Source: a virus
Lineage: Duplodnaviria > Heunggongvirae > Uroviricota > Caudoviricetes
Reading direction: 5' to 3' (one strand)
IMG/VR virus record: IMGVR_UViG_2687453530_000003
DNA: 22,189 nt
Part shown: piece after piece, positions 19,505 to 22,189 of the stretch
How positions within the stretch are numbered: the stretch's first letter is position 1
Layout of the letters: each line of letters starts with the position of its first letter
The notes under the pieces: generated by a model
What the model was told of the DNA's origin: nothing
The model's database searches: none
The model's input: the letters and a program-made list of their open reading frames with translations, nothing else
Position numbers and translations under genes: made by a program

Positions 19505-19723
19505 ATGTACTTGACACTTCAGGAGTGGAACGCACGCCAGCGACGCCCAAGAAGCCTTGAAACAGTTCGTCGATGGGTACGCGAGTGCAGGATATTCCCT
19601 CCTCCGGTTAAGGATGGAAGAGAGTATCTGTTCCACGAATCAGCGGTAAAGGTTGACTTAAATCGACCAGTAACAGGTAGCCTTTTGAAGAGGATCAGAA
19701 ATGGGAAGAAGGCGAAGTCATGA
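19505..19723 (+). CDS. xis: Excisionase Xis
   Basis: 72 aa, MYLTLQEWNARQRRPRSLETVRRWVRECRIFPPPVKDGREYLFHESAVKVDLNRP.... Confidence 0.95.
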   Translation: MYLTLQEWNARQRRPRSLETVRRWVRECRIFPPPVKDGREYLFHESAVKVDLNRPVTGSLLKRIRNGKKAKS

Positions 19724-20771
19724 GCGCCGGGATTTACCCCCTAACCTTTATATAAGAAACAATGGATATTACTGCTACAGGGACCCAAGGACGGGTAAAG
19801 AGTTTGGATTAGGCCGAGACAGGCGAATCGCAATCACTGAAGCTATACAGGCCAACATTGAGTTATTTTCAGGACACAAACACAAGCCTCTGACAGCGAG
19901 AATCAACAGTGATAATTCCGTTACGTTACATTCATGGCTTGATCGCTACGAAAAAATCCTGGCCAGCAGAGGAATCAAGCAGAAGACACTCATAAATTAC
20001 ATGAGCAAAATTAAAGCAATAAGGAGGGGTCTGCCTGATGCTCCACTTGAAGACATCACCACAAAAGAAATTGCGGCAATGCTCAATGGATACATAGACG
20101 AGGGCAAGGCGGCATCAGCCAAGTTAATCAGATCAACACTGAGCGATGCATTCCGAGAGGCTATAGCTGAAGGCCATATAACAACAAACCCGGTCGCAGC
20201 CACTCGCGCTGCAAAATCAGAGGTAAGGAGATCAAGACTTACGGCTGACGAATACCTGAAAATTTATCAAGCAGCAGAATCATCACCATGTTGGCTTAGA
20301 CTTGCAATGGAACTGGCTGTTGTTACCGGGCAGCGAGTTGGTGATTTATGCGAAATGAAGTGGTCTGATATCGTAGATGGATATCTTTATGTCGAGCAAA
20401 GCAAAACAGGCGTAAAAATTGCCATCCCAACAGCATTGCATGTTGATGCTCTCGGAATATCAATGAAGGAAACACTTGATAAATGCAAAGAGATTCTTGG
20501 CGGAGAAACCATAATTGCATCTACTCGTCGCGAACCGCTTTCATCCGGCACAGTATCAAGGTATTTTATGCGCGCACGAAAAGCATCAGGTCTTTCCTTC
20601 GAAGGGGATCCGCCTACCTTTCACGAGTTGCGCAGTTTGTCTGCAAGACTCTATGAGAAGCAGATAAGCGATAAGTTTGCTCAACATCTTCTCGGGCATA
20701 AGTCGGACACCATGGCATCACAGTATCGTGATGACAGAGGCAGGGAGTGGGACAAAATTGAAATCAAATAA
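19701..20771 (+). CDS. int: Integrase Int (tyrosine recombinase), lambda type, full length
   Basis: 356 aa, MGRRRSHERRDLPPNLYIRNNGYYCYRDPRTGKEFGLGRDRRIAITEAIQANIELFSG...; overlaps xis as in lambda. Confidence 0.95.
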   Translation: MGRRRSHERRDLPPNLYIRNNGYYCYRDPRTGKEFGLGRDRRIAITEAIQANIELFSGHKHKPLTARINSDNSVTLHSWLDRYEKILASRGIKQKTLINYMSKIKAIRRGLPDAPLEDITTKEIAAMLNGYIDEGKAASAKLIRSTLSDAFREAIAEGHITTNPVAATRAAKSEVRRSRLTADEYLKIYQAAESSPCWLRLAMELAVVTGQRVGDLCEMKWSDIVDGYLYVEQSKTGVKIAIPTALHVDALGISMKETLDKCKEILGGETIIASTRREPLSSGTVSRYFMRARKASGLSFEGDPPTFHELRSLSARLYEKQISDKFAQHLLGHKSDTMASQYRDDRGREWDKIEIK

Positions 20772-20859
20772 TGATTTTATTTTGACTGATAGTGACCTGT
20801 TCGTTGCAACAAATTGATAAGCAATGCTTTTTTATAATGCCAACTTAGTATAAAAAAGC
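20772..20859. other. attL: attL: P' arm plus 15-bp lambda core (core at 20845-20859, TTAGTATAAAAAAGC, reverse complement of GCTTTTTTATACTAA)
   Basis: Core read directly; the P' arm sequence ATGATTTTATTTTGACTGATAGTGACCTGTTCGTTGCAACAAATTGATAAGCAATGC matches lambda attP P' as recalled. Confidence 0.85.
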
Positions 20860-20905
20860 AGGCTTCAACGGATTCATTTTTCTATTTCATAGCCCGGAGC
20901 AACCT

Positions 20906-22189
20906 GTGAACACATTTTCAGTTTCCCGTCTGGCGCTGGCATTGGCTTTTGGCGTGACGCTGACCGCCTGTAGCTCAACCCCGCCCGATCAACGTCCTTC
21001 TGATCAAACCGCGCCTGGTACCTCTTCTCGCCCGATTCTGTCGGCAAAAGAAGCGCAGAATTTCGATGCTCAACACTATTTTGCATCCCTGACACCAGGT
21101 GCAGCAGCGTGGAATCCTTCCCCGATTACCCTGCCTGCGCAACCTGACTTTGTTGTCGGCCCGGCGGGCACTCAAGGTGTAACGCATACCACGATTCAGG
21201 CGGCGGTAGATGCGGCAATTATCAAGCGTACCAACAAGCGCCAGTATATTGCCGTGATGCCTGGTGAGTATCAGGGAACGGTATATGTCCCTGCCGCTCC
21301 GGGTGGAATTACTCTGTACGGTACAGGTGAAAAACCGATTGATGTGAAGATTGGGCTTTCCCTTGATGGTGGCATGAGCCCTGCCGACTGGCGTCACGAC
21401 GTCAACCCGCGCGGCAAATATATGCCAGGTAAACCAGCGTGGTATATGTACGATAGCTGCCAGAGCAAACGCAGCGACAGTATCGGTGTTCTCTGCTCTG
21501 CGGTCTTCTGGTCACAAAACAATGGCCTGCAACTGCAAAATCTGACCATCGAAAACACGCTGGGCGATAGCGTAGATGCAGGTAACCATCCGGCGGTGGC
21601 ACTGCGTACTGATGGTGACCAGGTACAGATTAACAACGTTAACATTCTCGGTCGTCAGAACACCTTCTTTGTCACCAACAGCGGTGTGCAGAACCGTCTG
21701 GAAACGAATCGTCAGCCGCGTACGCTGGTGACCAACAGCTACATTGAAGGGGATGTGGATATCGTTTCTGGTCGCGGCGCAGTGGTGTTCGATAACACCG
21801 AATTCCGCGTGGTGAACTCACGTACTCAGCAAGAAGCGTATGTGTTTGCACCGGCTACGCTGTCCAACATTTACTACGGTTTCCTCGCCGTAAACAGCCG
21901 TTTCAATGCTTTCGGTGATGGTGTGGCGCAACTGGGCCGCTCGCTGGATGTTGATGCCAATACCAACGGTCAGGTGGTGATCCGTGATAGCGCCATCAAC
22001 GAAGGTTTTAACACGGCTAAACCGTGGGCCGATGCGGTGATCTCTAATCGTCCGTTTGCGGGTAATACCGGCAGCGTAGATGATAACGACGAAATACAGC
22101 GCAATCTGAATGACACTAACTACAACCGCATGTGGGAATACAATAACCGCGGCGTGGGTAGTAAAGTGGTTGCAGAGGCGAAGAAGTAA
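20906..22189 (+). CDS. ybhC: Host YbhC, outer-membrane lipoprotein with pectinesterase-like fold (acyl-CoA thioesterase); the chromosomal gene flanking lambda attB
   Basis: 427 aa, GTG start, lipobox LTACS, pectin-lyase-fold beta-helix signature; identity by recall of E. coli YbhC. Confidence 0.9.
   Translation: MNTFSVSRLALALAFGVTLTACSSTPPDQRPSDQTAPGTSSRPILSAKEAQNFDAQHYFASLTPGAAAWNPSPITLPAQPDFVVGPAGTQGVTHTTIQAAVDAAIIKRTNKRQYIAVMPGEYQGTVYVPAAPGGITLYGTGEKPIDVKIGLSLDGGMSPADWRHDVNPRGKYMPGKPAWYMYDSCQSKRSDSIGVLCSAVFWSQNNGLQLQNLTIENTLGDSVDAGNHPAVALRTDGDQVQINNVNILGRQNTFFVTNSGVQNRLETNRQPRTLVTNSYIEGDVDIVSGRGAVVFDNTEFRVVNSRTQQEAYVFAPATLSNIYYGFLAVNSRFNAFGDGVAQLGRSLDVDANTNGQVVIRDSAINEGFNTAKPWADAVISNRPFAGNTGSVDDNDEIQRNLNDTNYNRMWEYNNRGVGSKVVAEAKK

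Noticed and set aside
19283-19636. 117-aa minus-strand ORF
   Set aside because: Antisense to xis and the orf55 region.
20975-21645. Minus-strand ORFs inside ybhC
   Set aside because: Antisense to the host gene; Arg-rich artefact translations.

Overview
This window reads as the attL-proximal ~21 kb of a heavily degraded, mosaic lambda-like prophage sitting at the lambda attachment site next to host ybhC. All protein identifications below come from reading the supplied translations against remembered lambda, phage 21, DLP12 and IS2 sequences; no database search was run. In lambda map terms the window is inverted. Right to left it contains: host ybhC; attL with the lambda core; int and xis; an ea8.5 gene split by a complete IS2 with a 5-bp CTTAC target duplication; a two-gene insertion (DpdA/TGT-like transglycosylase plus a DUF550/DUF551-like protein) not present in lambda; ea22-like, TraR-like orf73, orf61, orf63, orf60a; intact exo; a gam-bet deletion remnant; kil, cIII, ea10, ral, orf28. 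The whole N-cI-cro-cII-O-P-nin-Q block is absent; in its place is an NmpC/Lc-type porin gene and about 540 bp of AT-rich non-coding DNA. Further left are a phage 21/DLP12-type lysis cassette (pinholin, SAR endolysin, Rz/Rz1), bor, three small DLP12-like ORFs, cos and nu1, then a terminase A N-terminal fragment fused directly to the C-terminal third of J (all head and tail genes in between are deleted), a truncated lom, and a tail-fibre fragment with a C-terminal chaperone domain. The leftmost 1.7 kb is AT-rich with no convincing gene and holds a 61-nt 3' fragment of tRNA-Ser. The most interesting candidate is the DpdA-like/DUF550-DUF551 pair, a possible 7-deazaguanine DNA-modification (anti-restriction) module. 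No CRISPR array was seen.
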